A stretch of 64,000 nucleotides of DNA, taken from NCBI GenBank assembly GCA_963766735.1, contig CAVYBU010000004.1, forward strand, positions 32,001 to 96,000. The letters are read 5' to 3'. The DNA comes from an uncultured Chloroflexia bacterium. GTDB taxonomy: Bacteria; Chloroflexota; Limnocylindria; Limnocylindrales; CSP1-4. Below the pieces are notes generated by a model, which saw only the letters and a program-made list of their open reading frames with translations, did not search any database and was not told the DNA's origin. The translations under genes and the position numbers were made by a program. This document shows, one piece after another, positions 49,357-58,902 of the stretch; position 1 is the first letter of the stretch, and the number at the start of each line of letters is the position of its first letter.

Positions 49357-49435
49357 GGGCCCCGACCCTCGGACGACGCGTTGGCCGTGATCAACGCCGG
49401 GATCCCCTCGTGCCCGGCTACCGTCCAGGCTGACG

Positions 49436-50581
49436 ATGAACTCCCGCGAGCGCATCACCGCGGCCCTCTCCCACCGCGAGGCGGACCGCATCCCGATCGA
49501 CCTCGGCGGGACGATGGTCACCTCGATCACCATGGCCGCCTACCTTCCCCTGCGCAAGCACCTCGGGATGCCCGATGAGCCGGTCGCCGTCTCTGATCTC
49601 GTCCAGCAGCTGCCGTACCTGGGCGAGGACCTGCTGGACCGCATGGGCTCCGATGTCCGGGCCGTCCTCCTGCCGCCGGAGATGGTGCAGCCGCCCGAGC
49701 TGATCGACGACGGCGACTACTGGGGGTGGGTGGACCCGTGGGGCGCGAAGCTCCGGATGCCCAAGCGGAACGGCCTGTACTTCGACTGGGTCGGCCACCC
49801 ACTGGCGGACCTCACGGACGAGTCGCTCGACGACTACCGGTGGCCGGCGTTCGAATCGTCCGCGAACCTCGCGGCCATGCGGGAGCAGGCGCTCGGCCTC
49901 CACACGACAACCGACTTCGCGCTGGCCGGCACCGCCAGCATTGGCGGCGGGATCTTCGAGCAGGCATGCCGTCTCGTGGGCACGGAGCAGTTCATGATGG
50001 CGATGCTCACCGATCGAGCCGTTGCCGATCGCCTGCTCGAGCAGCTCACCGAGCACTACATCGAGGCGGTGACCCGGCAGCTCGACGCATTCGGCGAGTT
50101 CCTGGACGTCGTTCAGTACGGCGACGATCTCGCCTCCCAGCAGACGTGGCTGATCAGCCCCGACACCTACGTCGCGATGATCAAGCCGCGCCAGCACCGC
50201 CTGTTCGAGGCGGTCAGGTCCAGGACCTCCGCGAAGCTCATGTTCCACAGCTGCGGCGCCGTCTTCGACGTCATCCCGCACCTGATCGACATCGGGGTGG
50301 ATGTGGTCAACCCGGTCCAGGTCTCGGCGAGAGGCATGGACACGGCGCGGCTCAAGTCGGCCTACGGCAGGGACATCGTGTTCTGGGGTGGCGGGGTCGA
50401 CACCCAGGGCGTGCTGCCGTTTGGGAGCGAGGACGACGTCCGTGCGGAGGTCGTCAGGCGCATCGAGGACCTGGCTCCCGGTGGCGGCTTCGTGTGGGCA
50501 CCGGTCCACAACGTGCAGGCGGGGGTTCCTCCCGCGAACATCGTCGCCGCGTTCGACACCGCCCGCACCTACGGGCTGTAG
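49436..50581 (+). CDS. URO-D/MtaA-CmuA superfamily protein (not true HemE)
   Basis: SRERI..ADRIPID, GDDLASQ, FHSCG, NPVQ, WGGGVDTQ, PGGGFV..HNVQ..PPANI; lacks the HemE RQAGR motif. Confidence 0.8.
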   Translation: MNSRERITAALSHREADRIPIDLGGTMVTSITMAAYLPLRKHLGMPDEPVAVSDLVQQLPYLGEDLLDRMGSDVRAVLLPPEMVQPPELIDDGDYWGWVDPWGAKLRMPKRNGLYFDWVGHPLADLTDESLDDYRWPAFESSANLAAMREQALGLHTTTDFALAGTASIGGGIFEQACRLVGTEQFMMAMLTDRAVADRLLEQLTEHYIEAVTRQLDAFGEFLDVVQYGDDLASQQTWLISPDTYVAMIKPRQHRLFEAVRSRTSAKLMFHSCGAVFDVIPHLIDIGVDVVNPVQVSARGMDTARLKSAYGRDIVFWGGGVDTQGVLPFGSEDDVRAEVVRRIEDLAPGGGFVWAPVHNVQAGVPPANIVAAFDTARTYGL

Positions 50582-50595
50582 CCCGAGGGCGACCG

Positions 50596-51390
50596 TCAGG
50601 AGCGGCTGAACGCGGTCCGGAACCGCTCCAGCGCCACCACGTCGTCGCCGCTCGCGAACGATTCCAGGCCCACCACGCCCCGGTAGCCGATGTCCTCGAG
50701 GGCCGTGGCCACAGCCGGCCAGTTGACTTCGCCCGTTCCCGGCTCCATCCGCCCGGGGACGTCCGCCACCTGGATCTCCCCGATGAGCGGCCCGGCCGTG
50801 CGCACGAGCTCGACCAGGTTCCCCTCCCCGATCTGGGCGTGGTACAGGTCCAGCATCATCCGCACGCCCGGTCGGTCGAGCGTCCCGACCAGGGTCATCG
50901 TGTCCTCGGCCCGCCCGAAGGGAACGCCGGGGTGGTCGGTGTGGAGATTGAGGTTCTCGAGGCAGAACACCACGCCGTTGGCCTCGCCGAGGTCGGCCAG
51001 CTCCTCGAGCGTCCGGTAGGCGTTGAGCCACATCCGGCCGGTCGTCACGGCCTGGGGCCGGAATGGGAGACCGCCACGCGACCCGTCCAGCTCCGCGCCG
51101 TGGACGACCAGGCGCGGGCAGTTGAGCTTCTTCGCGGCCTCCACCGAGAGCTTCGCGGTGCGCACCATCTCGCGACCGCCATCGGCGTCGTACAGGTCCC
51201 CGTGGACGTAGCCGGTCATCGTGGACCACGTGGCCCCGATCGACGCCACGGCCTCGAGGTCCTTGGCGGTCCAGTCCCACATCTCGACCTGGAAGCCAAG
51301 CTCGTGGATCCTGCGTACCCGGTCCAGGTACGGGAGGTCGAGGAACACCATCTCAGTCGTGACGGCCAGCGGGAACATCGGGGTGCTCAT
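50596..51390 (-). CDS. Hydroxypyruvate-isomerase-like TIM barrel (possible inosose isomerase)
   Basis: LENLN..DHPG, MLDLYHAQIGEGN, QVADVPGRMEPGTGEVN, GLE. Confidence 0.82.
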   Translation of the reverse strand: MSTPMFPLAVTTEMVFLDLPYLDRVRRIHELGFQVEMWDWTAKDLEAVASIGATWSTMTGYVHGDLYDADGGREMVRTAKLSVEAAKKLNCPRLVVHGAELDGSRGGLPFRPQAVTTGRMWLNAYRTLEELADLGEANGVVFCLENLNLHTDHPGVPFGRAEDTMTLVGTLDRPGVRMMLDLYHAQIGEGNLVELVRTAGPLIGEIQVADVPGRMEPGTGEVNWPAVATALEDIGYRGVVGLESFASGDDVVALERFRTAFSRS

Positions 51391-51454
51391 GGGGGGTTCT
51401 CCTTCCCGAGAAGATGCTCCGAGCGGGTCCTGCAGACTCGAAACACCGCTGATC

Positions 51455-51466
51455 GTAATCGATTGC
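51455..51466. promoter_or_regulatory. LacI-type operator
   Basis: GTAATCGATTGC upstream of the isomerase gene. Confidence 0.75.
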
Positions 51467-51644
51467 GTCGCGCGGGTTCGTCCCCGCTCACGGCTGGACA
51501 CGTCCCATTCCCTGTGCCGGGGACCGGCCGAGCGACCGCGAACGATGCAGGGCGGTGACGACGGACGAGCGGCGAGAGCGGACGTTGGGATGCCTGCGTC
51601 GCGGCTCGACCACCTTGCGCGGACGCCAACCGGACGCATACCAT

Positions 51645-51656
51645 GTAATCGGTTAC
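51645..51656. promoter_or_regulatory. LacI-type operator
   Basis: GTAATCGGTTAC directly after a TACCAT -10 box upstream of iolG. Confidence 0.75.
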
Positions 51657-51702
51657 CTGCGAAGCCCAAGCCGTCGCCGCAGGACCCTCTTGGAGGCCTC
51701 AC

Positions 51703-52701
51703 ATGCTTCGCGTGGCTTTGTTCGGAGCCGGCCGTATCGGCCAGGTTCATGCACGCTCCGTCGCCGAGTCCGGTGGTGCCCAGCTGGCCTGGGTCTGCGA
51801 TCCCATCGAAGGGGCGGCAACGACCCTGGCGGGCAGCCACGGAGCGCGCGCGAGCGCAGAGCCCCAGGATGCGCTCGAGGACCCGAGCGTCGATGCCGTC
51901 CTGATCGCCTCATCCACCCCGACCCACGTCGACCTGATCCGGCGCTCGGTGCTCGCCGGCAAGAAGGTCTTGTGCGAGAAGCCGATCGACCTCGACATGG
52001 GGGCCATCGACCAGTGCTGGCGCGATATCGCCGGCCATGCGCCGTTCGTGATGCTCGGCTTCAACCGGCGCTTCGACCCCTCGTTCCGCGAAGTCCGCGA
52101 GCGGGTCGCGGCCGGCGAGATCGGGCCGATTCGCGCCCTGCGGGTCATCAGCCGCGATCCCGCGCCGCCGCCGGCCGCCTACCTCGGCGTGTCCGGGGGC
52201 ATGTTCCGCGACATGACGATCCACGACTTCGACATGGCCCGCTTCCAGCTGGGCGAGATCGTCGAGGTCCAGGCGATGACGTCCACGAACGGACTCGAGA
52301 TGTTCGAGGCCGTCAACGATCATGCCCAGGCGATCGTGGTGATGCGTGCGGCGTCGGGTGCCTTGTGCACGATCGTCAACAGCCGCAGCTGCGCCTACGG
52401 CTACGACCAGCGCCTCGAGGCGTTCGGAGACCTCGGGTCGCTCGAGGCCGGCAACATGACCGCCACGACAGTCCGCGCCTTCAGCGCCTCGGAAACGGAG
52501 GCGGCGGGCCCCGTCCTGAACTTCTTCCTGGAGCGCTACATGCCGGCCTACAAGGCGGAGTTCGCCGAGTTCCTGGCGGCGATCAATGAGGATCGCGCCC
52601 CGTCCGTGGGATTCGCCGACGGCCGCGCCGCCCTCGTCCTCGCCGAGGCGGCAGGCGAGAGCGTTGCGACCGGGCGGGCTGTCCCGATCCCCGGCGCCTG
52701 A
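51703..52701 (+). CDS. iolG: myo-inositol 2-dehydrogenase
   Basis: GAGRIG, CEKPID, GFNRRFDP, SRDP, DMTIHDFD, YGYDQRLE, FFLERY. Confidence 0.88.
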   Translation: MLRVALFGAGRIGQVHARSVAESGGAQLAWVCDPIEGAATTLAGSHGARASAEPQDALEDPSVDAVLIASSTPTHVDLIRRSVLAGKKVLCEKPIDLDMGAIDQCWRDIAGHAPFVMLGFNRRFDPSFREVRERVAAGEIGPIRALRVISRDPAPPPAAYLGVSGGMFRDMTIHDFDMARFQLGEIVEVQAMTSTNGLEMFEAVNDHAQAIVVMRAASGALCTIVNSRSCAYGYDQRLEAFGDLGSLEAGNMTATTVRAFSASETEAAGPVLNFFLERYMPAYKAEFAEFLAAINEDRAPSVGFADGRAALVLAEAAGESVATGRAVPIPGA

Positions 52702-52805
52702 CGCAACCCACCGGCGGCTGATCCGCCCGCCTGCCGGTCCGGCAACCGGCGGGCGCTGCGGACAGTTGCCCCGGACCGTGAGCGCTGGGCCCGGCGTCCG
52801 GGCTG

Positions 52806-53837
52806 CTAGGCGGTCACCTCGTCCAGGCGGACGGGCCGGTTCTCGCGCCAGCTCCTGGTGCAGGCCACGGCGAGGCGCAGCGTCTCGAACGCATCGTCCG
52901 GCCCCGGCTTCGGCGTGCGACCGGCCCCCAGGTCCGCGAAGAAGACCTCCAGCTCGCGCCGGTAGGCGATCTCGAAGCGGTCCATGAAGTCGCCGTAGAG
53001 GTCGCCCTCCGCGGCCACCTTGCGGAAGTGCGTCGCAGGGGTCTTCTGGCCGCCGTCCACAACCACCTTGCCCACGGCGCCCGCGACCTCGGCCCGAATG
53101 TCGTAGCCCCAGGTGGAGTGCCGGGCCGTCTCGACCACGCCCAGGGCCCCGTTGCGGAACTTCATCATGATCACGGACGTGTCCCAGTCGTCCGCCTTCG
53201 CGAAGCGGTCGTCGAACAGGACCGACGCCCAGGCATGGACCTCCTCCACCTCGCCCACCAGGAACCGGGCCACGTCGAGGTCATGGACGGACATGTCCAG
53301 GAACGAGCCGCCGCAGGTCAGCAGGAACTCGAGGGGCGGCGGATTGGTGTCCCGCGAGAGGGCGCGAAACTGCTCGATCCGGCCCAGCTCACCGCTGTCG
53401 ATCAGCTGCTTGGCTCGCTCGTAGCCGGGGTCGAAGCGGCGCATGAACCCGACCTGGACCGGGATCCCGGTCTCGCGCCAGAGATCCACGATCCGCGCGG
53501 TGTCGGCCAGCTCCTGGGCAATCGGCTTCTCGGTCCAGACCGCCTTTCCGGCGCGCAGCGCGGCCTCGATCAGCTCGGCGTGGGTCGTGGTGGGCGTGAC
53601 GATCACGACGGCGTCCACGTCAGGATCGTGAACCGCCTCCATCGGGTCGGTGGAGGCGCGCCGGGCCCGGGCGAGATCTCGCCCGCGTTCCGCCGCCCCC
53701 GCGTCCGGGTCCGCGACGACGATCACGTTCGCGTTGGGGATCGCCCCCAGGTTGCGGACGTGGACCCGGCCCATCCGGCCGGCACCGAGCACGGCCACGC
53801 CGATGTTGTTGGGATCCCTGAGCGTGAAGCTGCCCAT
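52806..53837 (-). CDS. Inositol-2-dehydrogenase-like Gfo/Idh/MocA protein
   Basis: GAGRMG, EKPI, GFMRRFDP, DMSVHDLD, GYDIRAE. Confidence 0.85.
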   Translation of the reverse strand: MGSFTLRDPNNIGVAVLGAGRMGRVHVRNLGAIPNANVIVVADPDAGAAERGRDLARARRASTDPMEAVHDPDVDAVVIVTPTTTHAELIEAALRAGKAVWTEKPIAQELADTARIVDLWRETGIPVQVGFMRRFDPGYERAKQLIDSGELGRIEQFRALSRDTNPPPLEFLLTCGGSFLDMSVHDLDVARFLVGEVEEVHAWASVLFDDRFAKADDWDTSVIMMKFRNGALGVVETARHSTWGYDIRAEVAGAVGKVVVDGGQKTPATHFRKVAAEGDLYGDFMDRFEIAYRRELEVFFADLGAGRTPKPGPDDAFETLRLAVACTRSWRENRPVRLDEVTA

Positions 53838-53951
53838 CAGAACTCCTTGCGGGCCTCGTGGCCCATCAGTCTGCGTCCACGACGTCCGCCTGCACGATGC
53901 GGCTCGGGCGTGGATCCGTGAAGCGTCAGGTTCGAGGCTGCGCGGCTTCCA

Positions 53952-54836
53952 TCAGCCGGTGCCGGCTCCGACCAGCAGCGCCTCCAGGTACTCGCGGTTC
54001 TTGCGTGCCGTGATCATCGGGCTGCCCGGGGTTGTGTCCTGCTCCAGGACAAACCAACCGTCGTAGCCGCGCCCGAGCAGATTTGCCACGACCTCGGGTA
54101 CCTGCGCGATCCCCTCCCCCAGCGGCGGGAAGATGAAGGTCTTGAGCGCGGTGCCGAAGCTCCAGCCCTCGGCCCTGGCCTTCGCCAGGACCTTGCCGTC
54201 GACGTCCTTGAGGTGGATGTGGGCGACGCGGTCGCCGTACCGGTCCAGCATCGCCAGGCTGTTGCCGCCCCCGTAGGCGAGGTGCCCGATGTCCAGGCAC
54301 CAGCCCACCTTCGTCGGATCCGTCTCGTCCAGGAGGCGGGCGGTCTCCGCAGGGGTCTCGACATACGTGCCCACGTGATTGTGGAAGACGACCTTCATGC
54401 CCAGGGGCACGAGGTTGTCGGCAAGGTCGTGGAGCCCCGCGGCCAGGTTCCGCCACTGCGCGTCGGTCAGGCCGTTCGGCTCATCCACGTGCCCCGCTTC
54501 TCCGCGGCGCCGGTCATCCCCGCCCTCCGCGGCGATCAGGAGCCGGCCACCGGTGGCGTGAAGCCGGCGGGCGATCTCCATGGCCTTCGCCATCTCGGCG
54601 TCGTAGCGATCGGCATCGCGGAAGCCCAGGCCCACGAACGCGCCGACCATGTCCAGGCCGCGGGCGTCGAGCGCCTCCTTCAGCTCGGCGGGGTCCTCGG
54701 GCATGCCCGGGCCCCACTCGGTGGCGTCGTACCCGGCCTCCACGAACTCGTCCATCATCTGCCGGTACGGAAGCCAGGCCCGGTACTCCGGGACATCGGG
54801 GCTGTTCCAGTTGACGGGCGCGGTCGCGATCCTCAC
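53952..54836 (-). CDS. IolE-like inosose dehydratase, copy 2
   Basis: APVNW, HNHVGT, LDIGH, HIHLKD, PLGEG, LEQD; coupled to iolD copy 2. Confidence 0.8.
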   Translation of the reverse strand: MRIATAPVNWNSPDVPEYRAWLPYRQMMDEFVEAGYDATEWGPGMPEDPAELKEALDARGLDMVGAFVGLGFRDADRYDAEMAKAMEIARRLHATGGRLLIAAEGGDDRRRGEAGHVDEPNGLTDAQWRNLAAGLHDLADNLVPLGMKVVFHNHVGTYVETPAETARLLDETDPTKVGWCLDIGHLAYGGGNSLAMLDRYGDRVAHIHLKDVDGKVLAKARAEGWSFGTALKTFIFPPLGEGIAQVPEVVANLLGRGYDGWFVLEQDTTPGSPMITARKNREYLEALLVGAGTG

Positions 54837-56719
54837 AGCAGCTCCCTCCGCTGGTTGCCCACGGCCGTCTCATACCGCTCGCGGGCGCCGCGGACTCCGT
54901 CCTGCGCGCTCACGGCAGCCGGCGGCACGTCCCACCATCCTTCGTAGCCGGGCGCCCGCTTCTCGGGCGAGACGGCGACATGGATCACGGTGATCCGGTC
55001 GGCTGCGCGGGCCGCGGCCAGGGCGGCCCGGATGTCATCCTCGGTGCGCGCGTAGAGGGCGAGGGCGCCCATCGACTCCGCGTGCTTCTTGAAATCCACC
55101 GGCACGTAGCCGCCCGTGAGGCGATTGCGCGCCGGATCGCGGAACCGCAGCTCGTTGCCGAACTGCCCGATCCCCACGCTCGCGGCGAGATCCTTGATGC
55201 ACTGGAAGCCGTGGTTGTCGAAGACGACGACCGTGATCCTGATCCCCTCGGCGACCGCGGTCACGATCTCGGAGTTGAGCATCAGGTAGGTGCCGTCGCC
55301 GATGGCGACCACCACCTCACGTTCCGGCTCGGCAAGCTTGACGCCAAGGCCGGCCGGGATCTCGTAGCCCATGCACGAGTAGCCGTACTCGAGGTGGTAG
55401 GCCTTGGAGTCCTCGGGCCGCCACAGCTTGAGCAGGTCGCCCGGAAGGCTGCCGGCGGCACAGACGACCGTGGCATGGCCGCCAACCGCGTCGTTGACGA
55501 TGCCGATGACCTCGGGCTGGGCCAGCTCCTCGGTCTCGCCGTTTGGCGTGCGGTGATAGTCGACGCGGGCGTCCCACTCGGCCTTGAGGTCCGTGACCCG
55601 TTGCCGGTACTCCGGCGAGGTGCCCGGGTGGCCGGCTTCCGCCAGCGCGGCCGTGATGGCGGTCAGCGCCTCGCGGGCATCTGCGACCACCGGCACGGAG
55701 CGGAGCTTGGCCGCGTCGAACCCGTTGACGTTGATGCCCACGAAGGACACGTCGGGATCCTGGAACTGGGCCTTGGAGGCCGTGACAAAGTCGCCCAGGC
55801 GCGTGCCGACGGCGATCACGAGGTCCGCGTCGCGCGCGAGCCGGTTGGCGGCGAGACCCCCGGCGGCGCCGACCGGGCCCGCGTTGAGGGGATGGTTCCA
55901 GGGCAGGACGCCCTTGCCCGCCTGGGACTCCGTGACCGGGATCCCGAACCTGGTGGCGAGGTCGTCGAGAGCCGCCTCCGCCCCGGAGTAGATGGCGCCA
56001 CCGCCGGCGATGATGATCGGCCGCGCGGCGGCGCGGATGAGGTCCACGACCTCAGCGACGACCGCCTCGTCCGGACGGGGCCGCCGGACGCGCCAGACAC
56101 GGCGCTCGAAGAAGCGCTCCGGCCAGTCGTAGACCTCGGACTGCACGTCCTCGGGCAGGGAGATCGTCACGGCGCCGGTCTCGGCCGGGTCGGTCAGGAC
56201 GCGGAAGGCCTCCGGGAGGCTGGACAGCAGCTGTTCGGGGCGGGAGATGCGGTCGAAGTAGCGGGAGACGGGGCGGAAGGCATCGGAGGCAGAGACGTCG
56301 CGCTCCACCGGGTGCTCGACCTGCTGGAGCACCGGGTCCGGGAGGCGGTTGGCGAAGTAGTCGCTGGGGAACAGCAGCACCGGCAACCGGTTGATGGTGG
56401 CACCCGCGGCGCCGGTGATCATGTTCGTGGCGCCCGGGCCAATGGACGAGGTGCAGGCGAACGTCTGGAGGCGGTTCTTGTGCTTCGCGTACGCGGCAGC
56501 CAGGTGCACCTGCGCCTGCTCGTTCTGCGGGCGGTAGTAGGGCATCTCGCACTCGTCGCCGAGCTCCTCGAGAGCCTGCCCCAGGCCGGCGACGTTGCCG
56601 TGCCCGAAGATGCCCCAGACACCGGCGATGAAACGGGACTGGACCCCGTCCCGCTCCACGTACTGCTCCGCCATGAAGCGGACGATCGCCTGCCCGACGG
56701 TCAGCTGAACCGTGCCCAC
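54833..56719 (-). CDS. iolD: THcHDO hydrolase, copy 2
   Basis: GIFGHGNVAG, NEQ, TSSIGPGATNM, DPVLQQ, AGSLPGDL, EYGYSCMGYEI; GAGGAG RBS before the GTG at 56719. Confidence 0.92.
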   Translation of the reverse strand: MGTVQLTVGQAIVRFMAEQYVERDGVQSRFIAGVWGIFGHGNVAGLGQALEELGDECEMPYYRPQNEQAQVHLAAAYAKHKNRLQTFACTSSIGPGATNMITGAAGATINRLPVLLFPSDYFANRLPDPVLQQVEHPVERDVSASDAFRPVSRYFDRISRPEQLLSSLPEAFRVLTDPAETGAVTISLPEDVQSEVYDWPERFFERRVWRVRRPRPDEAVVAEVVDLIRAAARPIIIAGGGAIYSGAEAALDDLATRFGIPVTESQAGKGVLPWNHPLNAGPVGAAGGLAANRLARDADLVIAVGTRLGDFVTASKAQFQDPDVSFVGINVNGFDAAKLRSVPVVADAREALTAITAALAEAGHPGTSPEYRQRVTDLKAEWDARVDYHRTPNGETEELAQPEVIGIVNDAVGGHATVVCAAGSLPGDLLKLWRPEDSKAYHLEYGYSCMGYEIPAGLGVKLAEPEREVVVAIGDGTYLMLNSEIVTAVAEGIRITVVVFDNHGFQCIKDLAASVGIGQFGNELRFRDPARNRLTGGYVPVDFKKHAESMGALALYARTEDDIRAALAAARAADRITVIHVAVSPEKRAPGYEGWWDVPPAAVSAQDGVRGARERYETAVGNQRRELL

Positions 56720-56787
56720 TGATCGCTCCTCTCGACTCACTCGAACCCACCTGGCTCACTCGACCGGGATAGATCGTCTCATACCGT

Positions 56788-56799
56788 GCAATCGATTAC
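56788..56799. promoter_or_regulatory. LacI-type operator
   Basis: GCAATCGATTAC upstream of iolD copy 2. Confidence 0.75.
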
Positions 56800-56992
56800 A
56801 AGGTCCAGGGACCCCGGCAGGACCGCCGATGCCCATAGGCTAGTATTGGAGTCCTGCCGCTGTGCGCCGTTCCCGCTGTCCCCGGCCCGGCCCCAAGGAG
56901 ATCACGATGCCCAGGCTGCGATCGGCACAACGTTCCACGAGGGACTCGCTGCCGACGGGACCCGGGCAGGCGGCCGAGGCACGGGCCTTGGG

Positions 56993-57643
56993 ATGACCCG
57001 TCCCTTCGTGTTCTGGGGCTGCCACGAGATCCGCGAGAACCTCGGCGTGCGCGCGGACACCGTGCTTGAGCTCGCGGAGCACCTCCGGACGATCGACTCG
57101 GATTCGATCTTCTACCACTCCGTCCGGTGCCTGATGCGCCACCAGGCCGGCCGCAATGCCTATCCCGACGACTTCGCCCGCTGGGTCGCGCAGGAGGCGG
57201 GCGACCCGGAGCTGGCCGAGCGACTGGCCCTGTTCTCGCCCTTCGACCTGCCATCGATCGAGGACTTCCGGGCGCACCTCATCGCCATCATCGAGGATCA
57301 CCTCGACTCCTCACCCGTTGCCCGGGTCACCGCCCGGACGCCGTTCCGCTTCCTGCGGGGGCACATGGCCACGCTGCCCATCGGGCTCGACGCCGATGAC
57401 CTCTCAACCCTCCGGGCCGGTCTGGCAGCGGTTGACGAGAGCTCCATCTACTTCCACACGGTGGAGTCGCCCGGTGAGCGGGGCGATTGGCGCAACGACA
57501 TCGCCGCCTGGGTGGACGCGGACCTCGGGCTGCCCACCCTGACCATCCGCCTTGCGGAGGTGGACCCGTTCGTGGCCGGCCTGGGACACACCAGGAGCCT
57601 GCTCCTCGCGGCGATCGACGGCTACTCAGGCGAGACGGCATGA
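56993..57643 (+). CDS. DUF5752 / OrfY-like TreT-associated protein
   Basis: Two internal repeats PFxF..SIxxH..DxAxWV; ATGA coupling to treT. Confidence 0.75.
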   Translation: MTRPFVFWGCHEIRENLGVRADTVLELAEHLRTIDSDSIFYHSVRCLMRHQAGRNAYPDDFARWVAQEAGDPELAERLALFSPFDLPSIEDFRAHLIAIIEDHLDSSPVARVTARTPFRFLRGHMATLPIGLDADDLSTLRAGLAAVDESSIYFHTVESPGERGDWRNDIAAWVDADLGLPTLTIRLAEVDPFVAGLGHTRSLLLAAIDGYSGETA

Positions 57644-58902
57644 CGATGCCCCGCAGGGACCCCACCCGCACCGGTTCGGGGATGGGCGCCGCGTCTCATC
57701 CGCTCGCACAGTACGAGGGCCTGGCCGCGCCTGGGACCCTTCGACTGGCAAGGCACCTGGCCGGGGACCTCGCCGGACACTCGTTCCTGCACATCAACGC
57801 GACCAAGCGGGGCGGAGGCGTCGCGGAGATCCTCGAGCGCATCCTGCCACTCCTGGACGAACTCGGGATCCGGACCCGCTGGGAGGTGATCAGCGGGGAG
57901 CCCGAGTTCTACGTCGCCACGAAGAGGATGCACAACGCCCTCCAGGGCTCGAAGGAGCCGCTGACCACCGCGGACCAGGAGGTCTACAACGAGACGAACC
58001 GGCAGGCGATCGGGACGCTTGACCTGGACGCCGAGCTGGCGATGATCCACGATCCCCAGCCTGCGGGGCTGATCGACGGCCGGCCGAACGGTGCCCGATG
58101 GATCTGGCGCTGCCACATCGACCTCTCCGCCCCCCAACGCGCGGCGTGGGGGTTCCTCGAGCCGAACGTCGCCCGCTATGACGGCACGGTCTTCCACCTC
58201 GCTGCCTTCGCCCGAAGGCTCCCCGTCCCCACGTACCTGATCCACCCGAGCATCGACCCGCTGTCGGCCAAGAACCGGGAGATGGCGCGCCCGGAGGTCG
58301 AGCGCCGCCTGGAGGCGATGGGCGTCCCGTTCGATCGGCCACTGATCGTCCAGGTCTCGCGGTTCGACCCGTTCAAGGACCCGGTCGGCGTGATCGACGC
58401 GTACCGGCTGGTCCGCAGGTTCCAGGACGCCGTCCTCGTCCTGGCGGGCGGGTCCGCGGACGACGACCCGGAGGGCGCGGAGGTGCTGGCCCGGGTCAGG
58501 GAGGCGGCGAACGGCGAGCCCGACATCCACGTGCTCGAGCTTCCGCCCGATGCCCACGAGGACATCAACGCCCTCCAGACGGCCGCCACGGTCGTGGTCC
58601 AGAAGTCTCTCCGGGAAGGCTTCGGCCTGACCGTGGCCGAGGCGATGTGGAAGGGCAAGGCGGTCGTCGGCGGCGCCGTCGGCGGGGTCGCCGTCCAGAT
58701 CGAGGACGGGGTGACGGGTCTCCTCGTCCACTCGGTGGAGGGGGCGGCGTATGCGCTGCGTCGCCTGCTGGGAGACGCCGAGCTGCGGGATGGCATGGGT
58801 GCGCTGGCCCGGGAGCACGCTCGGCGGAACATCCTCATCACCCGGCACCTGGTGGACTACCTGCTCCTGCTCCGCCTCCAGCTGGAGGCATCCCGTGGCT
58901 GA
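57640..58902 (+). CDS. treT: Trehalose glycosyltransferring synthase (GT4)
   Basis: GGGVAEIL, TKRMHNALQG, IHDPQP, WRCHID, QVSRFDPFKD, QKSLREGFGLTVAEAMWK. Confidence 0.88.
   Translation: MTMPRRDPTRTGSGMGAASHPLAQYEGLAAPGTLRLARHLAGDLAGHSFLHINATKRGGGVAEILERILPLLDELGIRTRWEVISGEPEFYVATKRMHNALQGSKEPLTTADQEVYNETNRQAIGTLDLDAELAMIHDPQPAGLIDGRPNGARWIWRCHIDLSAPQRAAWGFLEPNVARYDGTVFHLAAFARRLPVPTYLIHPSIDPLSAKNREMARPEVERRLEAMGVPFDRPLIVQVSRFDPFKDPVGVIDAYRLVRRFQDAVLVLAGGSADDDPEGAEVLARVREAANGEPDIHVLELPPDAHEDINALQTAATVVVQKSLREGFGLTVAEAMWKGKAVVGGAVGGVAVQIEDGVTGLLVHSVEGAAYALRRLLGDAELRDGMGALAREHARRNILITRHLVDYLLLLRLQLEASRG

Noticed and set aside
49436-50581. Annotation as uroporphyrinogen decarboxylase HemE linked to the cob genes
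   Set aside because: It lacks the HemE N-terminal RQAGR motif and has the HxC motif of the methyltransferase-like branch.
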